From a virus (Duplodnaviria; Heunggongvirae; Uroviricota; Caudoviricetes), in the IMG/VR virus record IMGVR_UViG_3300022753_000047: a stretch of 64,000 bases of DNA, one strand, 5' to 3'. Below, piece by piece: positions 19,094-28,543 of the stretch (the stretch's first letter is position 1; the number at the start of each line of letters is the position of its first letter). A model generated the notes under the pieces. That model did no database searches and had not been told where the DNA came from. It worked only from the letters and a program-made list of their open reading frames with translations. The translations under genes and the position numbers were made by a program.

Positions 19094-19847
19094 TTGTCAA
19101 ACACGCCCTTTCTTTTTCAAATCGCTCCTCTAACTCAAAGATTCCTTGCGGTTTATCTTTGTAGAACCCCTTGAAAGGACGGTTGATTTTCGACTGCAAG
19201 TCCTTAAGCCTGTCCCAATATTGCGGTAGATAGAGGTAAATATTTCTGAGCTCCTTTAGGTTTTTGTTTGCACAGCACCAGCAGGAGACACGATCCAGAA
19301 TGGAATACAGTTCGATTTGGCCAGCCGATGAGTTTTCGTACCAATACCAGCCACGAGAGTGGCAGTATTCAAGGCAATCCACTTCGCTCATACCCCAATC
19401 GACCAATGGCAACTGTTTTCCATCCGACTTTTCTTTTTCAAAACGCTTGGGTTCATCGGCGGCAATACCGACATAATCAATCACCGTATCGCCCAAAGAC
19501 TTCTTGTATTTCTGAATGGCTCTTGTTTTGGATTTTGTCCCCCAACGACAGGGGCCGCCACACCAACCGTAGCCATAATGGAAACCGTCTTTATTGCGGT
19601 ACTTGATTTCACGCTCAAGCATGGAGTACAGGAATGGCTCTTCTGGATAAAGTACGATAAACTCAATTCCACGAACTTTCAACATTTCCTTAACCCTGTC
19701 ACGGATAAGGTAGATGGCTGCAAACTCCATTCCCGTATCATAAAAAACAACGGCATCCAGAGGACAACCTTCCTCCAGAAGCCGAAGCAGCATGGCAAGA
19801 CTATCCTTGCCAAAACTTACACTTGCTATGTATTTCACACCGACCAC
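19083..19847 (-). CDS. PAPS reductase-family PP-loop ATP pyrophosphatase
   Basis: PP-loop SFGKDS (SGGxDS type). C-terminal CWCC cysteines. Confidence 0.65.
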   Translation of the reverse strand: MVGVKYIASVSFGKDSLAMLLRLLEEGCPLDAVVFYDTGMEFAAIYLIRDRVKEMLKVRGIEFIVLYPEEPFLYSMLEREIKYRNKDGFHYGYGWCGGPCRWGTKSKTRAIQKYKKSLGDTVIDYVGIAADEPKRFEKEKSDGKQLPLVDWGMSEVDCLEYCHSRGWYWYENSSAGQIELYSILDRVSCWCCANKNLKELRNIYLYLPQYWDRLKDLQSKINRPFKGFYKDKPQGIFELEERFEKERACLTSGL

Positions 19848-19980
19848 AGACCAATTCCGGTCTCATGGTCAACGCCTTAATCCTCCCGTGCTACTCACAC
19901 ATCTGTGCTTTCACGCTGTAACAAGAAGTTTTACACCAGACTTATCAATCCTCTGGAAACCCAGTTTACCGGGATTGGTG

Positions 19981-20199
19981 TTACTCCTTTTCTGTAAGAT
20001 TAAAAGTTCTTTTGAAGTGCTCCATCATTTCCTCGTCCTCTACATAGAACGGGATGGACACACCGTTTGCCCGGTAAACATTCTCGACCAACTGGCCGAA
20101 TCGCCAGTCCGGGCACTGGCTTTCCCAGATATCTGCAAGCTGATTGCAGAATTTGCGAATGCGCTTAGGGTCTCTCACGGCTGCCTCCTTAATCCTCAA
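19981..20199 (-). CDS. hypothetical small protein
   Basis: 72-aa ORF. Confidence 0.35.
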   Translation of the reverse strand: MRIKEAAVRDPKRIRKFCNQLADIWESQCPDWRFGQLVENVYRANGVSIPFYVEDEEMMEHFKRTFNLTEKE

Positions 20200-20455
20200 T
20201 CACGATTTTCTCAAGCAAAAGCTCAAGAAGCAGTTTGACGAACCGTTTATCTTCGCCCTTATCCATGTGCTCGGAATCGGCATGAAGCATACCGTCCTCG
20301 CCGAGATACATAACATACTGACCGAAGCCACAGTTGGGCGCTGACCACTCAATTCCGATTACACCGTTGGGACAATGCTCATGGCGGTTGATCCAGATTT
20401 CATCGATTGTAAGATCAGCCGTCAGTTCTTCAAAAGTCTTACGAGCCACAGACAT
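20189..20455 (-). CDS. hypothetical small protein
   Basis: Track ORF 20189-20584 trimmed to the internal Met (MSVARKTF...) to resolve its overlap with the 20439-20624 ORF. Confidence 0.3.
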   Translation of the reverse strand: MSVARKTFEELTADLTIDEIWINRHEHCPNGVIGIEWSAPNCGFGQYVMYLGEDGMLHADSEHMDKGEDKRFVKLLLELLLEKIVIED

Positions 20456-20624
20456 CCTCCTTTGACAAAGCTCTGAACTTGTATTCAGTAATGCCAAACC
20501 CTGGGAAATTTTCTTCGGCGTATTCATCCGCCTTTTCCAGCAGTTCGGTTTCGGAGTCTGCACCCAGAATGACTTCGCCCACATTAACTGCAGCTAAGTC
20601 CCAGAAACTCACCAGATACTTCAT
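20439..20624 (-). CDS. hypothetical small protein
   Basis: 61-aa ORF. Confidence 0.3.
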   Translation of the reverse strand: MKYLVSFWDLAAVNVGEVILGADSETELLEKADEYAEENFPGFGITEYKFRALSKEDVCGS

Positions 20625-20863
20625 TCCTCAATCACCTCAAACAGTTTGTTGAAAATGCGTTCTGACAGGCGCACCTGAAAACAGCCACGCCGGGTTAAAT
20701 AACAATAGCCTTGGCATCTGCTCAGCTTCCACTTCTGATTTGGGCGGAAGTTGACCAAGACGCTAAGGCCATCAAAGTCACTGATATATCTTGCAAAATC
20801 CGATGTTGGCTTTGCGTATTTCATTTTGTCACCTCCGGTAGGGTGACATACTTCTGACCCCAT
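20621..20863 (-). CDS. hypothetical protein
   Basis: 80-aa ORF. Confidence 0.35.
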   Translation of the reverse strand: MGSEVCHPTGGDKMKYAKPTSDFARYISDFDGLSVLVNFRPNQKWKLSRCQGYCYLTRRGCFQVRLSERIFNKLFEVIEE

Positions 20864-21207
20864 CTGTCATCGAGCCAGAAAGTCGGGAGTGTTCGTGTTG
20901 CCGGATCAAGCTCTGCTTTGGCGAGATCGGTATATTCGCTGCGGCCTGCTTTACTGCCAGGGCGCATGGGAACCCATTGAAACCACTGGTCAATATCACC
21001 GATGCCAATTTTTCCGCAGATGGGACAGTAATAACCGAGACCTACATCCGGCTTTGGGATAAAACCTTTTGCACGGTCAAGTTGAACTCCGTTAAACTCA
21101 AACACACAAGGCACGAAATTGTGTTTGTGTTTTGCTTTTGGAGCAACCTTGCGCTTGGATTTCTTGCGGTATCGGGTCTGCTCGTCATGCTCAAAATAGG
21201 CTCTCAT
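20821..21207 (-). CDS. hypothetical protein with CPICG zinc-binding motif
   Basis: Track ORF trimmed to the internal Met (MRAYFEHDEQ), giving an ATGA overlap with the upstream gene. Confidence 0.4.
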   Translation of the reverse strand: MRAYFEHDEQTRYRKKSKRKVAPKAKHKHNFVPCVFEFNGVQLDRAKGFIPKPDVGLGYYCPICGKIGIGDIDQWFQWVPMRPGSKAGRSEYTDLAKAELDPATRTLPTFWLDDRWGQKYVTLPEVTK

Positions 21208-21464
21208 ATGCTTACCCCGCTTAACAAAAACTCCACGATATTTTGATCGGTCTCGACGGGCAAGTCGATGCCGCTTTCTTCCGGCACATCTCGCCGCCGT
21301 CCACAAAGGTAGTCGACCCACTCTTGGGGTGCCGTGACAATGAGGATACCATCGTCTCCCCAGTAAACCTCGGCATTGGGTATGTTTGTAAACTTGCTCA
21401 TATCGAACTGATGGTGCAAGTTTTGGGGAGTGCCAGTTCTGACACTGCGAATCATGCGCCCCAT
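21204..21464 (-). CDS. hypothetical protein
   Basis: 86-aa ORF. Confidence 0.35.
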   Translation of the reverse strand: MGRMIRSVRTGTPQNLHHQFDMSKFTNIPNAEVYWGDDGILIVTAPQEWVDYLCGRRRDVPEESGIDLPVETDQNIVEFLLSGVSI

Positions 21465-21478
21465 GTAATCACCACCCG

Positions 21479-22126
21479 TTATTTATCTGTTGCTGCAAGT
21501 TCTCGGTAGCGAGCGATTGCATCCCGAGCCCAATCGTTGTCGGAACCACGATTCAAATGATCTTCGATTTCGTCGATACACGCTTCTGTGATACCCAACT
21601 TATCTGTGAGCGATTTAATGATATTAAGCAAGACAAGTTTGTCCTGCTCGTAGGCAGTAGTCGCTTTCGCCATAGACAAAGTGATCTCTTCAAGAGCGTC
21701 ACTACGAATTTTGCGTACTGTCTGCTCCGGCAGAGAGATAAACATCCAATCCCAGTCGAAATCATCCTCGTCAGCCTCAAGGGTTTCACGGAGGCTTTTG
21801 CTTACCTCTTTCTCGACCGGGCACTCATCTGTGCTGATCGCTTCAAAGGCATGGAAGATGCTGCCATCTTCGTTCTGCTCATAGCCATAGCATAGCTTGA
21901 CCTGGTAATTCTTACTCGTTGGGTGTTTGGCTCTGCGCTTATTCCATGCATTGTGTAGATCAATCAGATTATCCTTCTCGAAGAAATCGATTGTGTGCTG
22001 ATTGTCTGCAAGGGTAAAGTAACAATCGTCTGCGTGATCGCCATAAATGAAATACCCGTCTTTTTCGGACATCTTACATCCGCAAAACGGGCAATCAAGC
22101 AACTGGATATTAGTTTGTACCATCAA
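21479..22126 (-). CDS. hypothetical protein
   Basis: 215 aa. N-terminal CPFCGC pair. Confidence 0.45.
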   Translation of the reverse strand: MMVQTNIQLLDCPFCGCKMSEKDGYFIYGDHADDCYFTLADNQHTIDFFEKDNLIDLHNAWNKRRAKHPTSKNYQVKLCYGYEQNEDGSIFHAFEAISTDECPVEKEVSKSLRETLEADEDDFDWDWMFISLPEQTVRKIRSDALEEITLSMAKATTAYEQDKLVLLNIIKSLTDKLGITEACIDEIEDHLNRGSDNDWARDAIARYRELAATDK

Positions 22127-22132
22127 AACTCC

Positions 22133-22303
22133 TCCTACTTTGCAGGAACAGTAAGCACCTCTATTTGCAAGAGGTCTGTTGTTTTAATAACCACAGGAAC
22201 CCATTCGCAATCCGCATATCGTTCAGCATCCTGCTTATCCAGATGCTTTTTGACGAACTTGTCAAATTCCTGTGGGGAAATTACGATCTTAATTGCGTGC
22301 ATT
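22133..22303 (-). CDS. hypothetical small protein (56 aa)
   Basis: Hand-found ORF below the track threshold: MHAIKIVISPQEFDKFVKKHLDKQDAERYADCEWVPVVIKTTDLLQIEVLTVPAK. GGAGG lies 6 nt upstream of the ATG. Confidence 0.4.
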
Positions 22304-22304
22304 T

Positions 22305-22754
22305 TCAAGCCTCCGACCAGTCAAGTCTTTGCCCACAGAAAGGACATCTGTCCAAATTGGTTGCTCTGTTATAGTAACCATCAAAACAGGGTTCAAAGTC
22401 AGAGAAACTCTCTTTGCAACGAGGGCATATGGACGGATTCCAATTCTTTGCAATGACTGCCATTGGTTTGCCGATGTCCACCAAAGCCTGCTGATATCCT
22501 TTGTCAAAGTCGCTTTTCTCTGGATGTGGCATACACTTATCCAGACCTTCGTGCTTTTTGTAGTAAGCGAGGGCTGCAAGAATGGTCTGCTTGGTTTCTT
22601 CAGACCAGCTTCGGATGCGAAATTGCTTTCGCACTTCTTCTTTGTCAACTGTGGACAAATCCATATGGTCGATACCGCTCTCAAAAAGCCGAACAAATTC
22701 TTTGGCCCGTTCGATTTTTGGCAGGAAGTCACGATTGTATTCCTGAACCGTCAT
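22305..22754 (-). CDS. hypothetical protein with C-terminal zinc finger
   Basis: CPRCKES...CPFCGQRL. Confidence 0.45.
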   Translation of the reverse strand: MTVQEYNRDFLPKIERAKEFVRLFESGIDHMDLSTVDKEEVRKQFRIRSWSEETKQTILAALAYYKKHEGLDKCMPHPEKSDFDKGYQQALVDIGKPMAVIAKNWNPSICPRCKESFSDFEPCFDGYYNRATNLDRCPFCGQRLDWSEA

Positions 22755-22766
22755 ACACCCACTCCT

Positions 22767-22967
22767 TTACACACGCTTTCTGGTTTTCTTACCACACTGC
22801 CTGCACTGATAGACGCACACCATGTCGCTTCCGGCAGGCATATCATCCCACTCTGTTCCAACTTTAACATAGTCGTGTTGGTTACAGGGGCAGAGCCTTT
22901 CTTCAAGCTCTTCAACACGGTAGGTGAGGCGAACAACCTCTGCTCTGAGCTTTCTTTTTGTAATCAT
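22767..22967 (-). CDS. hypothetical zinc-ribbon protein
   Basis: CPCNQH...CRQCGKK. Confidence 0.4.
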   Translation of the reverse strand: MITKRKLRAEVVRLTYRVEELEERLCPCNQHDYVKVGTEWDDMPAGSDMVCVYQCRQCGKKTRKRV

Positions 22968-23011
22968 AGGATTAGCCTCCTCATTCGTGCATCAAAACCG
23001 CCAGCATTTCT

Positions 23012-23176
23012 TCAAAGAACGCATCTGTCGATAGCCTCTCCGACAACAAAGTCAAGCATCTCAAGCAATCGACTGCTATTTTTGATGTATCGGACAACCT
23101 CATCAATAACAGATGGGTCGAGTTTTTTATGGCGAATCTCATCCTCCACCATATCTCTTAGGTCAAAAGACTCCAT
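23012..23176 (-). CDS. hypothetical small protein (54 aa)
   Basis: Hand-found ORF MESFDLRDMVEDEIRHKKLDPSVIDEVVRYIK..., below the track threshold. Confidence 0.3.
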   Translation of the reverse strand: MESFDLRDMVEDEIRHKKLDPSVIDEVVRYIKNSSRLLEMLDFVVGEAIDRCVL

Positions 23177-23182
23177 ATCAAA

Positions 23183-23563
23183 TTAACCTTTCATCCACTC
23201 GGTACATGGAAACCCGTTGGCACAGAACCATTGGGCAACCAAATGCCTATGGCAGAAATCATCTGGCTTCTCGTAGCAGACCAGACAGATATCGCTTTCT
23301 CCGACATTAAAGCTGTATATCATTCTCGACAGATCCAGAATGACATCGTTCGCGCTTAGGGTTCCCAACACCTGCTCATTGAAACACTTGATGTAATAAT
23401 CGTTATCATGGTTCTTTTTCCACTCCATGAAAAAGTCATATTTGGGAGCAAGTTTCTTATACTGCAACCCCTTATACCAGCTTGGTGCTTTTCCACAAAT
23501 ACTTACAGGGATGATGTTCTCTGGCAGATTGCGGAGCTGTGCAAAATAAGTGGTGTATATCAT
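23183..23563 (-). CDS. hypothetical protein, DUF488-like
   Basis: C-terminal ICLVCYEKPDDFCHRHLVAQW resembles the DUF488 signature (LLC.E....CHR). Confidence 0.4.
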   Translation of the reverse strand: MIYTTYFAQLRNLPENIIPVSICGKAPSWYKGLQYKKLAPKYDFFMEWKKNHDNDYYIKCFNEQVLGTLSANDVILDLSRMIYSFNVGESDICLVCYEKPDDFCHRHLVAQWFCANGFPCTEWMKG

Positions 23564-23566
23564 ACA

Positions 23567-23899
23567 TTAACCTTTCATATTCTGCTCACGAAGTGTTTTG
23601 AAGGCAACATCCTTGAGCATCGTGTATAATTCCTTATCATCAGATGGCGTAATGACATCATAGTTGAATGGGAATAATCTTTTAATTCCCCACTGCCCGT
23701 CTTGGATAGAGAATACCGCTTCGGTTACCTCAACCATTGATTGCTCCATATATCGGTCGGTAAGTTCTTTCTTCGTCTCTCCAATTACTCGAAACCAATA
23801 GTCACAATATTTGCCGCCCTCGATGCGGTCAAGGATAAAATCAGATTCTTTCATATGTGCCACCTCATCAGTACAGATATTCTGCAATCGTATCGCCAA
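23567..23899 (-). CDS. hypothetical protein
   Basis: 110-aa ORF. Confidence 0.4.
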   Translation of the reverse strand: MAIRLQNICTDEVAHMKESDFILDRIEGGKYCDYWFRVIGETKKELTDRYMEQSMVEVTEAVFSIQDGQWGIKRLFPFNYDVITPSDDKELYTMLKDVAFKTLREQNMKG

Positions 23900-24137
23900 G
23901 TTTAATAAGGTTGCTCACCTCTGCTTCGCTCATTGCTTCGATTTCTTCTCGTGAAAAGGTGTGCGATATGGCATAGTATGAGTTATACCAGTTCTCGTCA
24001 CAACCCATTCTGTTTCTCGCATTGACTACGACCGGTTTATCTATATATTCCAGTAACTTTGCTTTGCTCATAAAATCAGCCTTTCGAGTTGAGCACATAG
24101 TTATCCATGTACTCACACAGTTCTTGGTCGCCTTCAT
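23868..24137 (-). CDS. hypothetical protein
   Basis: 89-aa ORF. Confidence 0.35.
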   Translation of the reverse strand: MKATKNCVSTWITMCSTRKADFMSKAKLLEYIDKPVVVNARNRMGCDENWYNSYYAISHTFSREEIEAMSEAEVSNLIKLGDTIAEYLY

Positions 24138-24417
24138 CGGTGAGTGTCATAAGAACGATTTCGCCGCCGAGTAATTTCTGCAACAAAACTCCGCCCTCAT
24201 CTACCAGATACCTTCCTGCCTTTTCGCAGGCTTCTGGTGAGGCAACAAAAGGCTTTGGAATGGTGGTATGCAGAACTTCATCGGCTAACCACTGCAAATG
24301 GTCTGCATGACTTTGCGAATATGCGGCAATAGGCAAGCCGCTCGAATGGGATTGCAAAACAAGACCACTTGATTTGCCTGTGCCACGCCGCTGGTAAAAT
24401 GTGACCATTAAAATCAT
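24076..24417 (-). CDS. hypothetical protein
   Basis: 113-aa ORF; the start may be internal. Confidence 0.3.
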   Translation of the reverse strand: MILMVTFYQRRGTGKSSGLVLQSHSSGLPIAAYSQSHADHLQWLADEVLHTTIPKPFVASPEACEKAGRYLVDEGGVLLQKLLGGEIVLMTLTDEGDQELCEYMDNYVLNSKG

Positions 24418-24562
24418 CTCCTATCTACTATCTTCATCGATACAAACAACGATGGAAAAGCACAAAAACTCAATCCTAAAAGTCCACGGTCTGTGCCTGT
24501 TACCGACTGTTGAGTACCGAAAAGAAAGTGGGAAAACCCACTCGTCAATATCGCAGTAGAAT

Positions 24563-24925
24563 TTAACCATCAACGACAACTCCCGTCCCGACCATTTGCA
24601 TCGGTCTAATAACAGTATCAAACCAAATGGAATCACGAATATCTTTTGTGGTGAACACAAAGTTTACTCGTTTTCCTTTGAAGTTGATGAACGGCTTGAT
24701 CCAATCGAAACGCAGAATTGAAGTTTCGTAGACAAACTGGAGCTGAGAATCTATTCTTACAATGCCATAAGGCGCATTCTCAGCCACAAAATTTTTTGCC
24801 ATACTCTTATCCTCAAATATCAGGGCAACTTTTATTTTATTCATTGTAGAATTGCTTGGAACACCCTTGTAATGAGCCATCACGAGTTTGTGCAAATCAA
24901 CTTGAGTTTCTTTCAAATCCGCCAT
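24563..24925 (-). CDS. hypothetical protein
   Basis: Track ORF trimmed to the internal Met (MADLKETQ) to abut the upstream gene. Confidence 0.4.
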   Translation of the reverse strand: MADLKETQVDLHKLVMAHYKGVPSNSTMNKIKVALIFEDKSMAKNFVAENAPYGIVRIDSQLQFVYETSILRFDWIKPFINFKGKRVNFVFTTKDIRDSIWFDTVIRPMQMVGTGVVVDG

Positions 24926-24929
24926 AAGA

Positions 24930-25337
24930 TCAACCTCTCGCAAGCTGAACTTCCTTGTCGCAAATTGGGCAGTAACCCGTATTGTCTGCACCGAAATTGA
25001 CATGGTGCCCACAATCGTGGCAATGGTCGTTAGCAGTATGCTTTATTCCTCGAATGTTTTGGTACAACTTGATTACACTCTGGAAGTAGCGTTCTTGTTC
25101 TTCTTTAGGAAGCTCGCTCATCTTGCCAAGACTATACCGCATGAAGCCTGCGTCCAGATTATGGCAATTTGCACACTCATAATGGTGTATCGGTGTGCCA
25201 TAACCATCCCTAATATTTCCAACGGTTCCTTTGGGGAGGCTGTCTGCAGTATCTTCTCGTCCACAATTTGGACAATAGAAGTAAAACCTATTCATGCGCT
25301 TTACACCACCAATCCTTGCTCTTTCAATGACTCCCAC
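24930..25337 (-). CDS. hypothetical multi-zinc-finger protein
   Basis: CPNCG, CANCH, CHDCGHH and CPICD pairs. Confidence 0.45.
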   Translation of the reverse strand: MGVIERARIGGVKRMNRFYFYCPNCGREDTADSLPKGTVGNIRDGYGTPIHHYECANCHNLDAGFMRYSLGKMSELPKEEQERYFQSVIKLYQNIRGIKHTANDHCHDCGHHVNFGADNTGYCPICDKEVQLARG

Positions 25338-25846
25338 AGTTTTCTCTGTGGGGCAAACTCTTTGAAAAGTTCAATCTCTTTTCTGAGGCGGGCTACGATA
25401 GCATCATCTTTAGAAACAAACCGACCCAGATTGATTTTCTTGCTGTTGTATGTAATGTTGGCGACCCATTTGCTACGCTTTTTATCGAAGAAAACTCCAG
25501 CAACACCGGAGGTATTTGTGGAGTACAGGCCACGATTTCTGTCATTCTCAGACCGGTTGCAGCGCCGTAGATTTTGTTTACGGTTATCTGCCCGGTTCTT
25601 ATTGATGTGGTCAACGAACTCTTGGGCTTGTGCGTTCATTACGATTCTGTGAAATCGGACGAAGCGGCGAGACCCCGCATAGTAGTAGCAACTCACCAGA
25701 TATCCGTCTTTGTCCACATACCAACTGCGGTTCTCAATCAGCGGCAAGTCTTCGAGGTCGAACAGAAACTTGGCACGACCGATGTAGAGCACACCGTAGG
25801 TGTCAAACAGTTCAACCTTGTTCTGGTTGATCGTGGTAATTATCAC
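25301..25846 (-). CDS. HNH homing endonuclease with AP2 DNA-binding domain
   Basis: HNH motif VDHINKNRADNRKQNLR. AP2-like SGVAGVFFDKKRSKWVANITYNSKKINLGRF. Confidence 0.7.
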   Translation of the reverse strand: MIITTINQNKVELFDTYGVLYIGRAKFLFDLEDLPLIENRSWYVDKDGYLVSCYYYAGSRRFVRFHRIVMNAQAQEFVDHINKNRADNRKQNLRRCNRSENDRNRGLYSTNTSGVAGVFFDKKRSKWVANITYNSKKINLGRFVSKDDAIVARLRKEIELFKEFAPQRKLWESLKEQGLVV

Positions 25847-26094
25847 TCAGCGGGCTCCTCATACATGGGGATAGTGAAGGAATGGGTATAACTCTCGTCA
25901 AGTGAGTCATTCCACACGAGGCAGCGAACCTTCTTACCGACCTCTCGCTCGTCGCACTGTGTCACCAGAGTGATATCCTGGATGACGGTTCCATCTCTAT
26001 CCTCAAGACAGATGCTAATACCGTTGCTGTCGGGCTCTTTTTCTGCTGTCAGCAAGGCAAAGCCAAGATCGACCACGATTTTTTCTTTCTGCAT
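25843..26094 (-). CDS. hypothetical protein
   Basis: 83-aa ORF. Confidence 0.35.
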   Translation of the reverse strand: MQKEKIVVDLGFALLTAEKEPDSNGISICLEDRDGTVIQDITLVTQCDEREVGKKVRCLVWNDSLDESYTHSFTIPMYEEPAE

Positions 26095-26103
26095 ATGCTC
26101 ACC

Positions 26104-26940
26104 TCAAAATCCATTCCAGATTTGCCTGCCGCAATACTCAAAGCATTCGGCATCGTTGCAGTCTTCCGGTGTAAGATCGGCAAGTCTCTTACGACTGCGC
26201 GAAATAAATAAATCCGAATCCATAGGCGGTTTCGGATTTTTGTCTCGTAATAAATTGTCCATCTCAAGGAGGGAACTATATGTCTCCTGTTCGTTCTCCT
26301 TGAGGTACTGGAAGAAATAGTTTCGATGGAAAGGGCAGAATGCACAGGCGCTTGCCTTGGTGTCCAAACCCCAAACTTCCAGTATGTATTTATAGCTGTC
26401 GGCTCTGGCCATTCCCATATCAACGAGCGGGAACTTGTTGATAAAGAGCCGATGCGGATTTTCATGGCAGCGGCGGGACTCTTCTACGCTGAAACCCATG
26501 TGCATCTCGTGAGCTTTCACATCTTCCGGTTTCAGCCGCTGTCCCTTTTTATAACCGAGAAGTTCCCAACGAACATACTTGGTAATCTCATTTACCTTGT
26601 AGTCAATAGTACAATTTCTCGGCATTTTTGATTTGTGTCCGTCGTCTTTCAGCGTCCACCACGGGATGCTGACTGTACGGCGCTCACCGAAGTTCTTCAT
26701 GAAGTCTTGATACAGCGGTGTGTCCAAGACCTCAAAGAAAATCCCGGCGTTCTCGCAAGCACGCCGGGTAAATTCCAACTGTTCCATAACCCAAGGCGGC
26801 TCCAAGCCAAGGTCGCAGAAGATCACGGCGTCGTAGATCGGAACTAATGGGTACGGACTCGTTTTCTGTATTGCATTTTCACAGCTCATAAGAGCCAATG
26901 CGGTGGACTGCATACCAGCCCCGAAAGAAAGTATCTTCAT
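26104..26940 (-). CDS. PAPS reductase-family PP-loop protein (second copy)
   Basis: N-terminal SFGAGMQST P-loop. CAFCPF cysteine pair. Confidence 0.6.
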   Translation of the reverse strand: MKILSFGAGMQSTALALMSCENAIQKTSPYPLVPIYDAVIFCDLGLEPPWVMEQLEFTRRACENAGIFFEVLDTPLYQDFMKNFGERRTVSIPWWTLKDDGHKSKMPRNCTIDYKVNEITKYVRWELLGYKKGQRLKPEDVKAHEMHMGFSVEESRRCHENPHRLFINKFPLVDMGMARADSYKYILEVWGLDTKASACAFCPFHRNYFFQYLKENEQETYSSLLEMDNLLRDKNPKPPMDSDLFISRSRKRLADLTPEDCNDAECFEYCGRQIWNGF

Positions 26941-27160
26941 TGGCTCCTCCTATAATATTGAAATGCGGGTTGGGATTTGCACCCAACATGAAAGAGAATA
27001 CTCGGTCTGAGTTTTGGCGGGTTTATCTGCCCCCATGGTGCAGCTCTTTCCACCCGCATGGCGTCTACCATTGTGTGGGCGTCGATTGCGACACAACACA
27101 CTTTACCACGATTCCGGTGTTCCCACCGGGCGTGTCTATTCCGCCACCGCATCACACAGC

Positions 27161-27652
27161 TTAGTCGATTTCCCACCAGTAGTCAAAGCAACGCTTGTAG
27201 CCGCTCTTACCACTTCCAGCTTCCACACCTCTGCGGACAGCCCTGTTTGAATAGCGTTTCCAGAACCGCTGGCGATTGGAATTTTTGTGGTGTTTCACAT
27301 ACTTGCCAACAGGTTTCCAGACACCATCCACAAAGTCCCAATCCGTATATCCGGCAAAGGGTGCGTGTGTTTCATTGATGATATGGAACAGGTCGTTGCG
27401 TTTCTTTACCGCCATCGCACGGCGATACGCTGAGCCGGTTCTGCGTTTGCCACGCTTCTTCTTGGAGGGCTCTTCTGCAAAAGCATCTTCGCAGAATCCG
27501 CCAAGGAAAAACTCGAACTCAACTTTATCACAGCCACAGTATTCAAGCTGCGGCTCATAACCACCCTCTTCGGCGATCCTCAGCCGATGCTCAACCCCAA
27601 CACAAATGGGGCACTCGTCGCAGGTGAAGTTTCTGTCCCAAACTCTAATCAT
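27161..27652 (-). CDS. hypothetical Cys-rich protein
   Basis: CDECPICVG...CGCDK. Confidence 0.4.
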   Translation of the reverse strand: MIRVWDRNFTCDECPICVGVEHRLRIAEEGGYEPQLEYCGCDKVEFEFFLGGFCEDAFAEEPSKKKRGKRRTGSAYRRAMAVKKRNDLFHIINETHAPFAGYTDWDFVDGVWKPVGKYVKHHKNSNRQRFWKRYSNRAVRRGVEAGSGKSGYKRCFDYWWEID

Positions 27653-27679
27653 AGAAGCACCTCCGCTTTTGTTTGCAGA

Positions 27680-28543
27680 TTACAACCAGCGCTCTACAAA
27701 CTCTCTGTCTTGTGTGAAGATGGGGATTTCTCTGTCGATGACCCAACGACGCCGGGTAACATTGACAATCTCGTCATTATTTCTGGGATTCGGCTTTGGT
27801 GCCGTCTCCGTAACACGATAGCAACAGGAGCCACGCTTGCAGTCTGTGGGGTAGTCGTTCCAGTTGACACCCTTTTCAGACCACAGCATTTCCTGGATCA
27901 TGTTGCAAGTCTTTTCGTGGAGCTGTTTGGCGCTGAAATACGCTTGTCCAGCAGCTTCGATGCTGTTGCGGGTCGCATCTTGCTGACGCCAAATCAGGCA
28001 GTTGCAAACTTCATCTTTGGGGATGGAGAAAACCCGTGCATCAAACATGGCCGACCAGAACTTGCGCTTGAGCTTGTCGTGGTAAACCATCCTCGCTGCA
28101 CAAACACGAGCCATATCTTCTTGGGCGACACCCATAAGCTCGGTTACATCATTGAGATAACCATCGACCTCTTCCGTAAAGAAGCGGTTAAACGCAACCG
28201 TCGCCATGGATGCCGCAACGCTGGTCATTTTCTGAACATTGTAGCCGAACCAAGCATCGGTGGTGATGGTCGCATAGTCGGTGAGAACCAGTGTGATTTC
28301 ATCGGACTGGGTATAGCCAAACACACAGCCCTGGATGTTCTTACACAGGAACTGCATGGTACGCTGCATGGTTGTCATCATGACCTTGTCAAAGGGTTTC
28401 TTCATGCCCTTTGTGAATGTATGAAACGCTTTGCCGTCAAGGCGAATGATGACAGGGACTCGACGGGTCAGATAAGTACGAGGTACATACTCGTAATTTT
28501 GCTTCATGCGGTCGCCGAGGGAGTCAGCTTTCTTTTTACCCAT
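27680..28543 (-). CDS. tRNA(His) guanylyltransferase Thg1-like protein
   Basis: N-terminal YEYVPR...VPVIIRLDGKAFHTFTK matches the Thg1 fingerprint (..VRiDG..F..F..). Confidence 0.6.
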   Translation of the reverse strand: MGKKKADSLGDRMKQNYEYVPRTYLTRRVPVIIRLDGKAFHTFTKGMKKPFDKVMMTTMQRTMQFLCKNIQGCVFGYTQSDEITLVLTDYATITTDAWFGYNVQKMTSVAASMATVAFNRFFTEEVDGYLNDVTELMGVAQEDMARVCAARMVYHDKLKRKFWSAMFDARVFSIPKDEVCNCLIWRQQDATRNSIEAAGQAYFSAKQLHEKTCNMIQEMLWSEKGVNWNDYPTDCKRGSCCYRVTETAPKPNPRNNDEIVNVTRRRWVIDREIPIFTQDREFVERWL

